A stretch of 50,043 nucleotides of DNA from Girardia tigrina (lineage: Eukaryota): NCBI GenBank assembly GCA_001938485.1, contig MQRK01214337.1, positions 1 to 50,043 of the forward strand, written 5' to 3'. Of this stretch, positions 27,598 to 41,454 are shown piece after piece. A program made the translations under genes and the position numbers. Each line of letters opens with the position of its first letter. Positions within the stretch are counted from its first letter, which is position 1. The notes beneath the pieces were generated by a model. That model was given only the letters and a program-made list of their open reading frames with translations. It did not search any database and was not told the DNA's origin.

Positions 27598-29788
27598 ATC
27601 GTTACAGATTGAAGTCAATGAATACAATATTGAAGGCAAGATTACGTAAGACTATTTCCGTACTAGAAGATGATGATCAAAGTCCGTCGATCAAAGAAAA
27701 GGAGTCTTGTCAAAACCAACGAAAAATTTCAGTAATAATAGGAATGAAATTAAAATATACAATGGCGGCCTAGAATGAAAACTTAACAATAACTACCACC
27801 ATATAATGCATGATGTGATGGTCAGTGACAGGATCATTGTATCATGACGTCTGATGAGACTAATTAATTTGGCTAATTGAAAATAATTGAAGAATGATCG
27901 CGCTCAATTACCGTGACAAAAAAGATTATTAAATTTATATAAACAATAATAATACTCTGGTTTTCTATATATATTTGTACACAAATCGTTATTTATAAAT
28001 TATAGAACGGATTTCCATATATTTATATGTGTAAGTGAAAGTAAAATTTGAATTCTCTCGAGCTTTTATTACTTCATATATATCATTGATCCAAAAGGGC
28101 CTTCTATAACATTAAATTGCTAATATAATCTCGTAAAAAGGTACATAAGTATCGTTTACTTTTGCCTTTTTACACAAAAGATTGAACATAACATGTTTTA
28201 AGTAATTTTTATCAAAACAGCAATTAATACAATTATAACAATTCATCATCAGCAAATTTTATCAAAATAAGAAAAAAACATGTTGCATACGCCCTAAAAG
28301 TTTCAATTTGATGTATGATGACTGTTAGGAAGAATATAATTATTATAAATTATTATTATCAAATTATTGTTTAGAGTTATCATTCAAATCTTTTTTAATT
28401 TATTTAAAATTAATTAAATATGATTGCAATTATTTAGTAATTAATTCTCGCATCTTTTATGTTTTGTTTTAATCAGAAAATATATTATGGTAACAAAAAT
28501 GAATTCGTGTTTTTAATTCAATTTAGCGATCGATTAACAACGACAAATAATGTATAGAGTAATAATTGAATGTATTAAAATCAAGCCTAAAACTTTTTTT
28601 AAAATATAAATAGTAATGTTTGTCTTTAGAAAAAAACAATGAAAAAGAAACTACTTCTACTATTTCTTGAATAAATTATGTTAAATATAGTTAAGATAAC
28701 TATATATTTACATTATTTATTATGTTTGAATATATTCAAACAGAGTTTCATACCACATAGTTTGACTTCAACCATTTAAATATTGAGTTTTCAAATATAC
28801 TTCTTAAGCACTTTTAAATGATATATAATCAAAATTGAACGAAACCCTTGGTTAAATCTTTTTGTTTAGGTCAACTTCAAAAAGGACATATTCATAAATT
28901 TTAGTTAAAGGCCATAAATAAGAACCATGGTTGTTTTTTAGAAAGAAAAACTGCAACTTGTAATTGGTTTATTACATTGAAAAAATAATCATGATTTATG
29001 AGGAAAACGGTTTATATTTATGATTTGAATTTTAGTCTCTTGAAAACATTTAAGATGGCGTCGTAGGCCTATTTATTTCACGAGAGACAATGTGGAAACT
29101 GATAAACCGAATTCCTGCCAATAATGTTATACCAAATCAAGAAACATGTCCGAAATTATCTTTTCTAATAAATAATATAAATTATGAAACCAAACTGAAC
29201 AGTTTGAGCCTCTCCTTTCTGAAGATTCTGGCTTTTGTAATGAGCAAATAATTTAAGTATTTGTGTAATATTTGCTCGCCGTGGAGAAAGTTACAATTTG
29301 TTTTTTTTAATTTTGCTTTTTTACTTTGTTTATGAAGAGATTTCTTTTATATTAAACAAATATTCGTCAAAAATATTTTAATCTATTTTCACAGAAACTA
29401 TGAACGAGAGAATTCATATTCTCTTGTTATTCTCGTGTTATGGTGTAACTTGCCTCGTAATTAACCGATGAAATAAACATTTTTTGGGTTTATTAAGATT
29501 TGTTGAAGCTATTGTTCTCGTTTTTCGTAATAAAATCTTTATTTAATGATTGCGTGCTCAATGATTTAACACTGCAAATCTGTCTTGTCCTGAAATATTT
29601 TAAATTTAAAAAACCATAAAAAAACCAATCTACTATACCACATTTTCTGCACATGTTTATGATGATATTTCAGAAAAATGCTTTCATAAATTTTTGAAAT
29701 TGAAGAAAAAATATTGCTTCTGAAGGACTGTTAATAAAACATCATAAACATGCTTAATTTCAGATGATGATTTTGTCAATCTTATTAA

Positions 29789-30023
29789 CCTTTTGACTAT
29801 CGAATTATTATTGTACTCATATTAAATAAAAACATTAAAAATAATGTAAAACTAACTGATAATAAGTACTGACAATTTTTCAGGTAGTGTGTGTAGATGG
29901 CGCGCAAGGGTACATCCACTGTATACAACTGGGATGCAAGAAACCGATTTCGTATACTAATTTATCTCTCTGGAACTTTTTGAAATCGCTTGGGACGTAT
30001 TGTCGCAATGGTAGTCCAAAAAG
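29789..30023. mobile_element. piggyBac-type MITE (235 bp)
   Basis: TTAA TSDs at 29785-29788 and 30024-30027; imperfect TIRs CCTTTTGACTATC / GGTAGTCCAAAAAG. Confidence 0.65.
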
Positions 30024-30718
30024 TTAAAGAATTTTTAAAGTAAGTTTTTATTTTCCAAGGCGTATCATGTAATAGTTATTCAACTATGTATAATTATTAA
30101 ATTCTTTAGAAACTTAACTAGAAAATATATTATAATTAATTAATTGGTATTTATATTTAAATAAATACATGAAACTCTAATTAGATTGAGAAACTAAATC
30201 ATAATCAAAATTCGTTAAATTAAATACACAATTTACACAGTAACTTTTAATTATATTAACAACAAATACTTCCTTATAGATTGAAAAGAACGAGAGAAAA
30301 TTTAACTCACTAAAGGGTTTTTAATCAAAGTATGCGTTGTTTGATGTCTTATCAATTAACAACAGATATAACTAGTAAATTAAAAAATTAATTTTTTTAT
30401 ATCCATTCTTTATGCTAACAAAAATCTGCTTTGTCAACAAAGTTTTCAAAATTTAAAATTTTAATTAAAAAAACACAATACAAGTTAATATAAACTACTT
30501 ATAATTTAAAAGTAGATACGATCTTGCAATTAATATTGTTCTGGAACTCCGAATTTTCCATTTTTTCCCATTTTGGGATCTTAAAAAGTTTTTTCGATCA
30601 AATTTTTACATAATCATTTATTGTCATCGAGAATGAGTAAGTGTGCAAAGTTTGAAGAAAATAGATTGAGCAAAAGGCCTTCAAAAATAGGTTTCTAAAT
30701 TCCATGGATACATATATA

Positions 30719-31795
30719 TTAGGTGTATAACTTAGTTTTTTGGATTTTTTTGCAGAACAGACAAGTTCATTTATATGACATAATAAGTTTTATTCTAATC
30801 AAAATATTTTCCATCGTTAATTATGACTTTCGACCATCTTTCAGGCAAATTATGAATTCCATCGAAAAAAAAGTTTTGGCCTTTTGATGCGATCCATTGT
30901 TCCAGCCATTTTTTTATATGTTCCTGGTTTCTGAAGTACTGGTCACGAAGAGCGCTTTGCATTGATCGGAACAGATGATAATCTGATGGGGCACAATCTG
31001 GTGAATAGGCAGCATGCGGTAGAATTTCCCATTAAAGTGCTTCCATAACCTTGAAGCAACATAACCTTGCTTCCATGAATGTTTTCTTTTTGCTGTTGAC
31101 GTGGACGGTTCGCCGGGATGAACCCACGATTTCTTGCGTTTAGAGTTAACATAATAAATCCATTTTTCATCTCCAGTCACAATATTATGCAAAACCACCA
31201 TCTTCGTTGTCTTGTAAGCAATGAATTGAATATCAGTAATTGACTTTCAATGTTGGCTTGATTCAATTCATGTGGTATCCATTTTCCTTCTTTTTGAATC
31301 ATTTTCATAGCATGTAGAGTTTGCTTATGGCTGCTTGAGTAACATTTAACTGTTTTGCAAGCTCTTTCTCTGTTTGAGTAGAATCTTCCTTCAGTAATGA
31401 TTCCAAATCTTCATCTTCGAATCTTTTTGGTTGACCGNNNNNNNNNNNNNNNNNNNNNNNNNNNNNNNNNNNNNNNNNNNNNNNNNNNNNNNNNNNNNNN
31501 NNNNNNNNNNNNNNNNNNNNNNNNNNNNNNNNNNNNNNNNNNNNNNNNNNNNNNNNNNNNNNNNNNNNNNNNNNNNNNNNNNNNNNNNNNNNNNNNNNNN
31601 NNNNNNNNNNNNNNNNNNNNNNNNNNNNNNNNNNNNNNNNNNNNNNNNNNNNNNNNNNNNNNNNNNNNNNNNNNNNNNNNNNAATGCCTCGATTTCAGCA
31701 CTTTAAAAATCTGTACGTACGACTGTAAAATAATGCTTATTACAAAGGTTACACCATCTCTTAGAAAATCCAAAAAAACTAAGTTATACACCTAA
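30719..31795 (-). mobile_element. mariner (Mos1-like) element, internally deleted, contains an assembly gap
   Basis: ~30-bp TIRs TTAGGTGTATAACTTAGTTTTTTGGATTTT with TA flanks. Transposase remnants GKWIPHEL, LHNIVTGDEKWIYYVN and YSPDCAPSDYHLFRSMQ. Confidence 0.92.
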
Positions 31796-31816
31796 TATAT
31801 ATTATTAGCTTACTTA

Positions 31817-31882
31817 CTTTTTTATTAGCTTACTTTCTATATATATGTATATATATATATAGAAAGTAAGCTAATAAAAAAG
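31817..31882. repeat. 66-bp near-perfect palindrome with (TA)n centre
   Basis: CTTTTTTATTAGCTTACTTTC-(TA-rich)-GAAAGTAAGCTAATAAAAAAG, with one mismatch at 31847/31852. Confidence 0.9.
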
Positions 31883-32424
31883 AATGAAAAAATATTTGTT
31901 TATCATCGAACTGATGAAATAACTTAAGTGAATTTTAGGTTTTCAAAGACTCAGAAGTTTCCTTTTTTAGTTACTTGCAACAGGATTATCCATTTCCGTT
32001 TAAAAGTATTGATGACTCTACCAGTCAAATGATAAGGAGTATACTCTGTTTTTTAGCAGATTAGTTTTAGCTTAAAAACTTAAATACCTTTCTTGGTTAA
32101 TGTAAAGTCTTTACTACGATCTTCTATTTTAGTAGTCCTTAGGGGATTAATTTTCTTTATTCGACGATCATTTTATATTGATATATTATTCTACAAAAAA
32201 TAGTACTTTGCAAATATTGTTTTGTGTTCTCAATAAAAATATGTATTCGACGAAATAATCGATAAACTAATATTTTTATATCTGTTGTTAATTGATAAGA
32301 CATCAAACTGGGTATACTTTGATTAAAAACCCTTTGGTGAGTTAAATTTCTTCTCGTTCTTTTCAATCTATAAGGAAGGATTTGTTGTTAATGTTAAAAA
32401 CATTGAGACAATATTCATTAGAAT

Positions 32425-35400
32425 TGTGAGGAATGTTTTGAATTGTGTGTTGATATTGTGTTGTATGTTGATTCGGATTGTGCCTCTCCTACACAGATGG
32501 ATGATTAATATTTTCTTCGATTCCTACTAATTAAAAATAATTTCATTTAATTTTAAAGTAAAAAGATTTAAAATAATTTTTGAATGTATTCATTTTTTAA
32601 TGTAATTTAAAATTTTAATATTATAATTTAATATGTACTTTTTTTTTAAAAAAATGTTTAGATTTAATTTTAAACAATTAGATTCTTTATAATTAATAAT
32701 TTTTATTAACAGATTTTCATTTATTGAAAATAATTAGTATGAAAGCAGAAATATATTAATCAAGAAAAATGTTTAATATTGAATGCGCTTGTAAATGGTA
32801 ATAAATGTTTTAAAACTCATATTGATGTTGTTAATATGGCGACCACAGCTCATGTGACAACAAGCATTATGGGACACGAAAAATGGATCTAAGTCGAAAT
32901 TAGATGACTTCATAAAAAATTCGAACGTTCTGCTGATATTACGGGTATAACAGAAGATAGAAGATTAGTGATGGTGACGATCTTCATGACTCCATCAGTA
33001 ATCACAAAATTTTCAGAAGCAGATGGAAATACGTATAAAGAAAAACTGAAAACGGCATTTGTGAAAGAAAAATCTCTGCTTGACACAATGAAGGATATTT
33101 TAAAAATTCGGTGGGGATCTTCAGATCCGGAAGAAACGCTCAAAAAAGTCGAAGAATTAGTAACGATATAGGTTTACTGGACGCGTCATTTTGACGCATT
33201 TCGATTTTTTTTAGTAAAATTACAGAAAACCTTCTCATTTTTATTTTATCTCTTGTGCTGACTTTTATCAGTTTTTTTTCTATAAATGTATATCTCATAT
33301 TTTCATTTTTTANNTATTGTGTATAATTATATTGCTTTATAAGGGATTGTTTTTTCTTTACATATATGTTTCGGTCATGCGTCAAATTGACGCGTGCCGT
33401 AGAGATAGGTATATAAAAAATCTCCGTAAACCTAGTGTTAACAGAAAGTAAACTTTCTAAGAAAAAGCTGTTCAACCTTGTTTGTATGAATATGGTTGAC
33501 GATTATGAGGTGAAAAGAGAATTGAAATTGAGAGGAGCTACCGAAACAAAGGACATAAAAGATATAGTTTCAAATATGTATGAACTACGCAAAATGGAAA
33601 AAGAAGAAACAGTTGCGGCATACAATACGGTAGGTAAACATGATGAATGGAAAACGATAGGCAAACGTAAATTACACTATAAAGAACACAACCAACTGTC
33701 CAAATATAAATTGTTCTTATTGAAATAAAAATGGCCATATCAGGACGCAATGTACATGAACAAGAATAGATTTAAAGAAAGAGACCAAGATGCCAGAAAA
33801 AATGAATGGCAAAGAACAAATAACCAACGACATCAACAGAGGCATCAAAATCGAAGATATGATATTGTAGAAATGCATGATGACAACGATTACAACGAAT
33901 ATAAAGAAACACGATCAAATGAAGGAAATTCGAGGCAAAGAATGTTTACAGATAATAGACAAGTATACGACAAAGACCAGGGAAACGAGGATGCACGATC
34001 ACAAGGAGAGGTGATCAGTGTGCATCACTAAAAAGTAAAAATAAGTGTGTATGTGATTGTGTATGTAATGGTATGTATGACTGTATGTGTGATTGTGTGT
34101 TGGAAGATACCCCTCTTGAAGTTTGTGAATTAGATTGTTCGAAAGAAGAATTTGAAACATACTGTTTTGATAAGGAGATAAAGACAAAATCGAAAAAGTT
34201 GAAACAGGAAGAAATGTTGAAAATATCAAAGCTCAATATTAGATATGACAAATTGAATGGAAGACCAAGCATTGAATTTAATACAAAGAATATGAATGTT
34301 GAATGTCTGTTGGATACCGGTGCCAAAGTAAATGTTGTTAAAGCAGATATACTTAAAAGTATGAAAGATGTTCAGATAAAGAAAACGAGTAAACGCATTC
34401 ATTGTGCAAATGATTCAGAATTTATAAATTATGGAATTGTTAAATTAAAAGTAATAATTGAAGGAGTACAAAAAATTATAGAGTTTTATGTAGTCAAAGA
34501 ACTCAATCCAGAAATGATAGCAGGAGTTGACTTTTTAGACAAATTTGGAATAAACATAAAGAAGAAAACTATAGATTCAGGTGATATATGGAGGATTAGA
34601 GATAGACCAACAGATGATGACAGACCAAAGAGAATTAAATAAATATATAACACCAAAGTTGACAACAAACTAATGAGACTATTAACAGAATATAAATCAA
34701 CATTCATGGTTGACAAGTGGGATGTTGGGAAAACTTCCTTAACGAAACACAAAATAGAAACTCGTGGAGAACCAGTCTTAGTGAAGCCTTATCGACTACC
34801 ACAACATTTTGAAGAGAAACTAGATGATGTCATTAGAAATTTAGAAGAAAACGGCATAATTGAAAAGTGTAGTTCTCCATGGAAATTACCTCTGGTGTGT
34901 GTATGGAAAAAAGAGAAACAAGACATCCAAGTATGAGTCGATTTTCGACAGTTAAATAAAATTACGGTAAGACCGGCATGCCAAATGTGGATGACATGTT
35001 AAACACGTTGAATGGAGCAAAATATTTTAGTACAATCGATCTGGGAAATGCATATTATCAGGTTGAATTAGAAGAAGATTCAAAGATTAAAACTACGTTT
35101 TCAACAAAGAATGGTCAATCTTGTTTTAAAAGAATGCCTTTCGGAATTGCAGCGGCTCCAGCTACCTGTCAAGAATTAATGGTGAAAGTTCTAGGCGATT
35201 TGAATTGGAAAGAAGCAGTCGTATATTTGGATGATATTTTGATTTTTGCAAAAGATAGAGAAGAACATCTTCAAAGAATACATAACGTATTTGAGAAAAT
35301 TAAAGAATCCGGCTTGAGAATAAATCCAGAGAAATGTCAATTCCTAGTAGAAAAAAACGAAATTTTTAGGATATGTCATAAGTAAAGAAGGTATAGAGAC

Positions 35401-37428
35401 GGATAAAACAAAGATTTATGCAATTAGAAAATTTCAAAACCCATCATGTATCAAACATTTAAGAAGCTTTTTGGGTTTGACGAATTACTACCGGAAATTC
35501 ATAAAGGATTACGCTAGATATGCAAATGTTTTAGAAGGCTTATGTGGTAAGAGCAAGGATAAAAACTGATTTGGACTGAAGAATGTGATGAAGCTTTTCA
35601 AAAAAAAAATAAAATTAAAAAATAAAAAATTAAAAGAAAAAATGATTAAGACACCAATTTTGGCATACTCTAATTTTTCAAAAGACTTTATACTCGACAC
35701 AGAGGCAAGTTTTGATACAATAGGAGCGGCGCTATCACAGAAAGATACGTGTTAAAGAGAAAGAGTAATTGCATATGGTTCCCATAAAATGAATAAACAT
35801 GAACTTGGTTATTGCATTACAAGGAAAGAACTACTTGCAATTTATTATTTCACTCAACATATTAAACATTTTTTGTATGGGAAAAGATTTTTGTTACGAA
35901 TGGATCATAAAGCTATCACTTTTATGATGACTACGAAAAACCCTATTACACCACAGTTTCAAACATGGATAAATTTTCTGAGTGGTCTTGATATGAAAAT
36001 AGAATATCGGAAAGGTGAGAAACATTCAAATGCTGACGCAATGTCTAGAAATTCTTGCGAATTATGTAGCCAGTGTCAGACAATGCATGAAGAAGCCAAG
36101 AAAGGAAAGATCAAAACGGGAATTCTTGCATTGAACGAAGAGTCAGAGGGTTTCAAATGGAAAAAGAATAATGAAGAAATAAAACAAATTGTTGAAGATA
36201 TCAGAAACGGGAAAACGAGGAAATGGACACTAAAAATGACATCGTGGCAACTCAGGACAATAAATACTGGATCCCAAAAGAAAAACGAACAGATTTTATT
36301 GAAGAGATGTATAAGCTGTTATGCCATGCTGGTAGTAAAAAAGTCTATAACTATCTTCGAGAAGATTTTGACATGGAAAATATGAGGAATTTCATTAAAG
36401 AAATAGTCTAAAGTTGTTTAAATTGTCAAAAAAGAAAGACATTAACAGAGAAAACGAAAGAAAAACATATAAAATTGTCGGCAGATGAACCTTTCCAGAA
36501 AATATACATGAACTTCCATGGACCATTCAAAAGAAACATAAACGGATATCAATACGTACTTGCAATAGTAGACCAATTCAGTAGATATATTAGCCTGAAT
36601 GCAGTTTCTAGTCAAGATGAAAAAACAGTTCGTAGAGTGATATTGGACAGATGGATATGGAAATTTTGACCTGCAAAAGAAATAAATGTTGATAGAGGAA
36701 AAACATTTGAATCGGCTTTGTTCAGAGATACAGTTAAAAGGTTCAAAGTCGAGATAATCTATTCAAATCCATATCATCATAATACAAATTGGATAGTGGA
36801 AAGACAATTTCGAACAATCAGAGATGCTATAAATATTAGAATGAAGGACGGAGACCACAGAGATTGGACAAAAAATTTGTCGGAAATAGAATTTATGTTG
36901 AATAGTATAGTTAAAGTTACGACATGTGTTTCACCGGCTGAAATAATATTTGGGAGACGATTAAGACATTGGTGGAAGAACAATAAAGAAACTAACGAAA
37001 ACCAAGTTAATGTCGAACAAAATGTAGAGACAAGAAGAGTTTTTGAAGTTGGAGACAGAGTGTTGATAAAAAAAGAAAAAATATCAAAAGAACATGACCG
37101 TTACATGGGTCCGGCAATTGTGTTGAAACGAAATCACGAAAGGAGTTACGAGTTACAGCTCGAAGATGGTAGAACTTTGATTAGAAATGTTGAATGGTTA
37201 AAGCCATTTAAACCGAGGGGGATGTGAGGAATGTTTTAAATTGTGTGTTGATATTGTGCATGTAGAATGTTGATTCGGATTGTGCCTCTCCTATACAGAT
37301 GGATGATTAAATTTTCTTTGATTCTTACTAATTAAAAATAATTTCATTTAATTTTAAAGTAAAAAGATTTAAAATAATTTTTGAATGTATTATTTATTTT
37401 TTAATGTAATTTAAAATTTTAATATTAT
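32425..37428 (+). mobile_element. Ty3/Gypsy LTR retrotransposon, pseudogenised, antisense within TTBK intron
   Basis: 5' LTR starts at TGTGAGGAATG (32425 to ~32836); PBS-like TGGCGACC at 32837. Gag fragments, protease LLDTGAKVNV, RT YLDD, RNase H ILDTEASFDTIGAALSQ, integrase (CHAG..CLNCQK, DRGKTF, IVERQFRTI, MGP). Purine tract GAGGGGGA at 37215-37222. The 3' LTR from 37223 matches the 5' LTR for ~205 bp and is then truncated. Confidence 0.95.
33169..33437. mobile_element. piggyBac-derived MITE nested in Gypsy gag
   Basis: Right end GTAAACCTAGTG|TTAA (33438-41). Left end TAGGTTTAC has lost the TTAA and first 3 nt. Internal GCGTCATTTTGACGC / GCGTCAAATTGACGC palindromes resemble piggyBac transposase-binding repeats. 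Removal rejoins gag KVEELVTI-LTESKLS. Confidence 0.8.
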
Positions 37429-37965
37429 TGATGGGCACTACAGTATGCTTGTGCTTTTTAATTTTTATTACGAATTATGGAGTGCAATGATTATATTTTC
37501 TAAGGGTGACAAAGATACAAATGCGTCAATGCTTAAGACAGTAAATTTTTTGCAAGCTTGAAGTCACCAACAAAGGAAAATAAGATTTACCAAAATTTAA
37601 TACCTAAATTTAAATTTAATAATCTAATGATTAAAAATATCCAAGTCGGATCTTTAATTCTCAGAATCTTTTAATAGACATTTGAAATGATAATTGGTGA
37701 TTGTATCTTTAAATGTATTTAAATTTTAAATTAATTCCGTCAATCTGACATTTTATGTTCTGATCAAATTAAGACGAAACAGACCATCTCATGTCCCGCC
37801 TATTCGATAATATGTCTATGTGGTTTATTAGAATGCGCTCGAGATATAAGAAATACAAAAAGTCATTCAATTCAGAGAAAGATGAATTAAAACAGATTTG
37901 ACAAATTTTAATACATCAAAAATAAAATATTTGTATGAAAGAAAAAAGTATAAGTGTAAATATAC

Positions 37966-38190
37966 TTGTAGAGTCATTGCAACGTAACTGAATTTGTCGT
38001 TACGTCCATACCCATAGCATTTGCAGGCATGATTCGTTCCTTGCAATTTTTTCAATACCGACACTTCCATTCTCAAAACTTGTTTTGGTAACTTGGATGA
38101 TTCCAATTTAATAGCAACTTTATCTTTAATGATCGGATCAAAACATTCATAGATTTCTCCAAATCCACCACCACCGAGTTTTTTAATGAT
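37966..38190 (-). CDS. TTBK: Tau-tubulin kinase internal exon (kinase N-lobe, 75 codons, phase 0/0)
   Basis: AG acceptor 38191-92. Translation [71 protein letters not shown] donor 37964-65 splices to GKNLADLRR at 25518 across a 12.4-kb intron. Confidence 0.95.
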
Positions 38191-38396
38191 CTATCAAATA
38201 ATTATTTTCAATAAAATATTTCAATAGGATCAAAATTATAATTTAATGTTTAAATTCCTTGCTAAAACGCGTTAAAATTATAAAACTAATAATTGAAAAA
38301 TAACAGTATTGTTAGAAATATCATATACAATGGCCCTGCACAATTTATGGTGAAAGAGAGCCATATTTCAGAATTGATATATTTCAAAGAGTCTTA

Positions 38397-39233
38397 CGTG
38401 GTAACGTCAAAATGAATGCAGGCTGGTAGATTAATTATTAATATAATGCTCCATTCTCTAGGAGTAAGGCAGTTATGCTCGCGGTTCGAGTCTTGCTCTT
38501 TCAACGCGGTTATATGTGAGCAGCAACTTCAGTTCTGTCAAAAGAAATCAAAATTCATGAGAAAATCAGTGTTCGGTTCTTGGATAATATCGTGTCAGGT
38601 AACGAAACAATACTATACCTTTTCATCCCATAAGACAGAAGATCGTCAAAAGATTTGAACTTCCCTGGAAAAGAAATTACGGAAATGACGAAGAGGATTC
38701 TCTTAGCAAGAGATGTAATGATGACGTTTTTTGGGATTCGCGTGGTTTTTTTCACATTGATTTTACTGAAAAAACCACCAAAATCAATGGCGGACACTAA
38801 GCGCGATTTGTAGAAGAATCCCGTAAGAAAAGGTGAAAGTCCTACGGCCAGTCACTGTTCTTATTCCACGACAACGCGACCCTACATAAAACTACTGTGA
38901 CCCAAACTGCTGTCCAGTAAAGTGGCTTCGTGGAGCTTTCTCTGACTCTACAACCAGGATATTGCTTCAAATAATTTCTTAATGTCTTGTCACCTAAAGA
39001 AACATTTAAAAGAGAAACAGTGTGCAGATAAAGAGTACGTGATGCAAACGACAATCTCATTCCTAAGTTAAAAGTGCCTTCTCCGACCTAGTCAGACGAT
39101 GTAATGTGTGCGTTGAGAATAATGAAGGCAACATGGCAAAATAGCTTGTTCTAATAACCACTATGACATATCTAAAAACAAGTATTTTAGATTTCAATGC
39201 TCGATTTTCAGTAGACATTTTGATGTCACCACG
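38397..39233 (+). mobile_element. Degenerate mariner element
   Basis: Imperfect TIRs CGTGGTAACGTCAAAATG / CATTTTGATGTCACCACG with a left TA. Remnant LFLFHDNATLHKTTVTQTAVQ*SGFVEL near 38860-38940. Confidence 0.7.
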
Positions 39234-39459
39234 AATTTATATTATATTTATATTATATTATATTTATGTATAGGAAAAAAAATACATACAGCCAAATTAG
39301 ACTGAATTTAATAAATATTATGAAATATTCTGTACAAATAAAGGATGCGGCAGAATTATTTATCTGTTTGTTAACTAATGCAAATGGAATGATTTAATCA
39401 TTGAGCTTAGGATTTACTTTTATTTCAAATTATTCTGAATTTCCCAGTAAGTAAATTGG

Positions 39460-39966
39460 ATTCTACTGAATGGAGACCCTCATAAATATGAAGCACGCCA
39501 ACCCTGATATGAAACTCTCACAAGTGTGAATCAAAATTAATAGTGTTTTGCGACCGTCGTAGAATCATTAAAATTGACTTCCTTGACTAGGAAAGGCTAA
39601 TGAATGGTCCATATTGTGCTGATCTACTAAGTTAAGTTTCAAAGGTCCAATGCAAATCGAGAAATATTAATATTTGGTTGCTCTATAAAAACACTCCAAT
39701 CTTCACGTGTAAAGTCTCAAAAGCACAAGTGGAAGAATTGTCGCGGCATCTCCAATACAATCCGGATTCTGCTCACAATGATCTTGAACTTTTTCAAACC
39801 ATCAAGATTCTTAATGGTGATCCTTTTGCTACTGAAACAGAACAGTAAGAGAAAGTCAAGAATATTTTTTCATGACTGTTTCGCAATTTCTTCGAAAATG
39901 CATTTGAAAACGTCAACATCTTTGGCGAAATTGCATAAAGCAACACGGCTCATATTTAAAAAGTGA
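39460..39966 (+). mobile_element. Very degenerate mariner transposase C-terminal relic
   Basis: HLQYNPDSAHNDLELF (cf. HPPYSPDLAPSDFxLF) and WRNCIKQHGSYLKK-like terminus. Confidence 0.55.
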
Positions 39967-41454
39967 ATCTCTATTTCATTACTCTCTGTAATAGAAAATA
40001 AAGACTTATTAATCCCAACACAAAAATATATTTTGTCTGATTCTGAATTGTTTCCGTAAAATACTAAAATAAATACTAATTAATATCCCTGAGTTGGTAA
40101 TGGGTATTTTTTATTTGTCATATTATAAAACCAAACTTTGGCACTTTAGAAGAGCTCGAATTTTCGAAATTATTGATACAATTGTAATATTCCTTGCATT
40201 CTATATATGCAATTCCGCATATACGCTAAATAACAGATCTATATTTTAAAATCATGGATAAAACAATAAAATAACTTGAAATTTATGGTTTTAGTAACAA
40301 TATTATCGTTATTAAAAAGTGCTGTTGAAAACGTTTTTTTTAATCGAACAACAAAAACTTAAAAAATTTTAAAATGGAATCGTAAAATACATTCAGATAG
40401 AAAAAGTGAATACAACATAAGAATGACTTTGTGGCGAAGAGCCATTTTTGAATACTTCAGGTTTAAAATATGACTAAAAATTTTACAGAGAAATGCACGG
40501 TAGCGGCACAAGTGAGGATGTGAAGCAAGAAGATGTAGATTTAGTGAGTAAGAATAGACTACTAGGTCCTATAATTTGTATCATTTCAACCATATATTAC
40601 AAATAATGCTTTTATAAAATATAGATTATTTTAAAGAATACTCAACCAAAGGATACATATTTTACAAATTTTCAGTCCACATTATTTTACAATCAAAAGA
40701 CTTTCAAAAAAGTGTCTTAATTTCAGAAATTAACATTAAAATTTAAAAATCGTAATTGAATTATGTTTATTTACTGTTTAAAAAATATTTTATTAAATCT
40801 TAATACAAGTATTTTTGAAAGTGTATTTACCAGGTTTAATAATTCTGATTTATTAATAAATATTAAGTAATTAATATCTCATATTTGTCTAAAATGATTA
40901 AAAATATTTCAAAAAATCAGTCTTATAATTAATACATAAAAACATTTGTCTCGGGGACCAATAAGTCATGATCGGCATAGAAATTAACCACAAGAAGTCA
41001 CCCTTTCTATAAAAAGATTTATAACTATCTATTTTGAAAATTCTCAATTTGTTTTTCTATTGACCAACAATTTGTATTTTTCTACTGCCTGGGTTTTTCC
41101 GTGGTAATCATAATTCTATGAATTTTTTGAAAATAAATTCATGAATTCAGCAATTACACTATTTCAGCAAACTGTTGCTGAATTCGGCATAACCTATATA
41201 TGACATATGTATACCATATCATGCTATCAAACGGATGTAATCAGCAAATATATAATTGAAATATATTTATTAAATAAAGTATTCAATCTTTCTAAAAATA
41301 TAAATTAACATTGTAGTGTTTCAAAAGTACAATGCGTTTCATATTACTCAGAACGGTGATAAAAATGCATGCTTATTACTGAAAAAGTACTATATTGAGA
41401 ATAAACAGAAAGCAAACAGAAATCAGTAAACATAATAAAGACACATAATCAGTA

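Noticed and set aside
40980-41110. Possible Tc1 N-terminal HTH fragment (minus)
   Set aside because: Too degenerate, and on the wrong side of the 41455-41890 fragment to belong to the same element.
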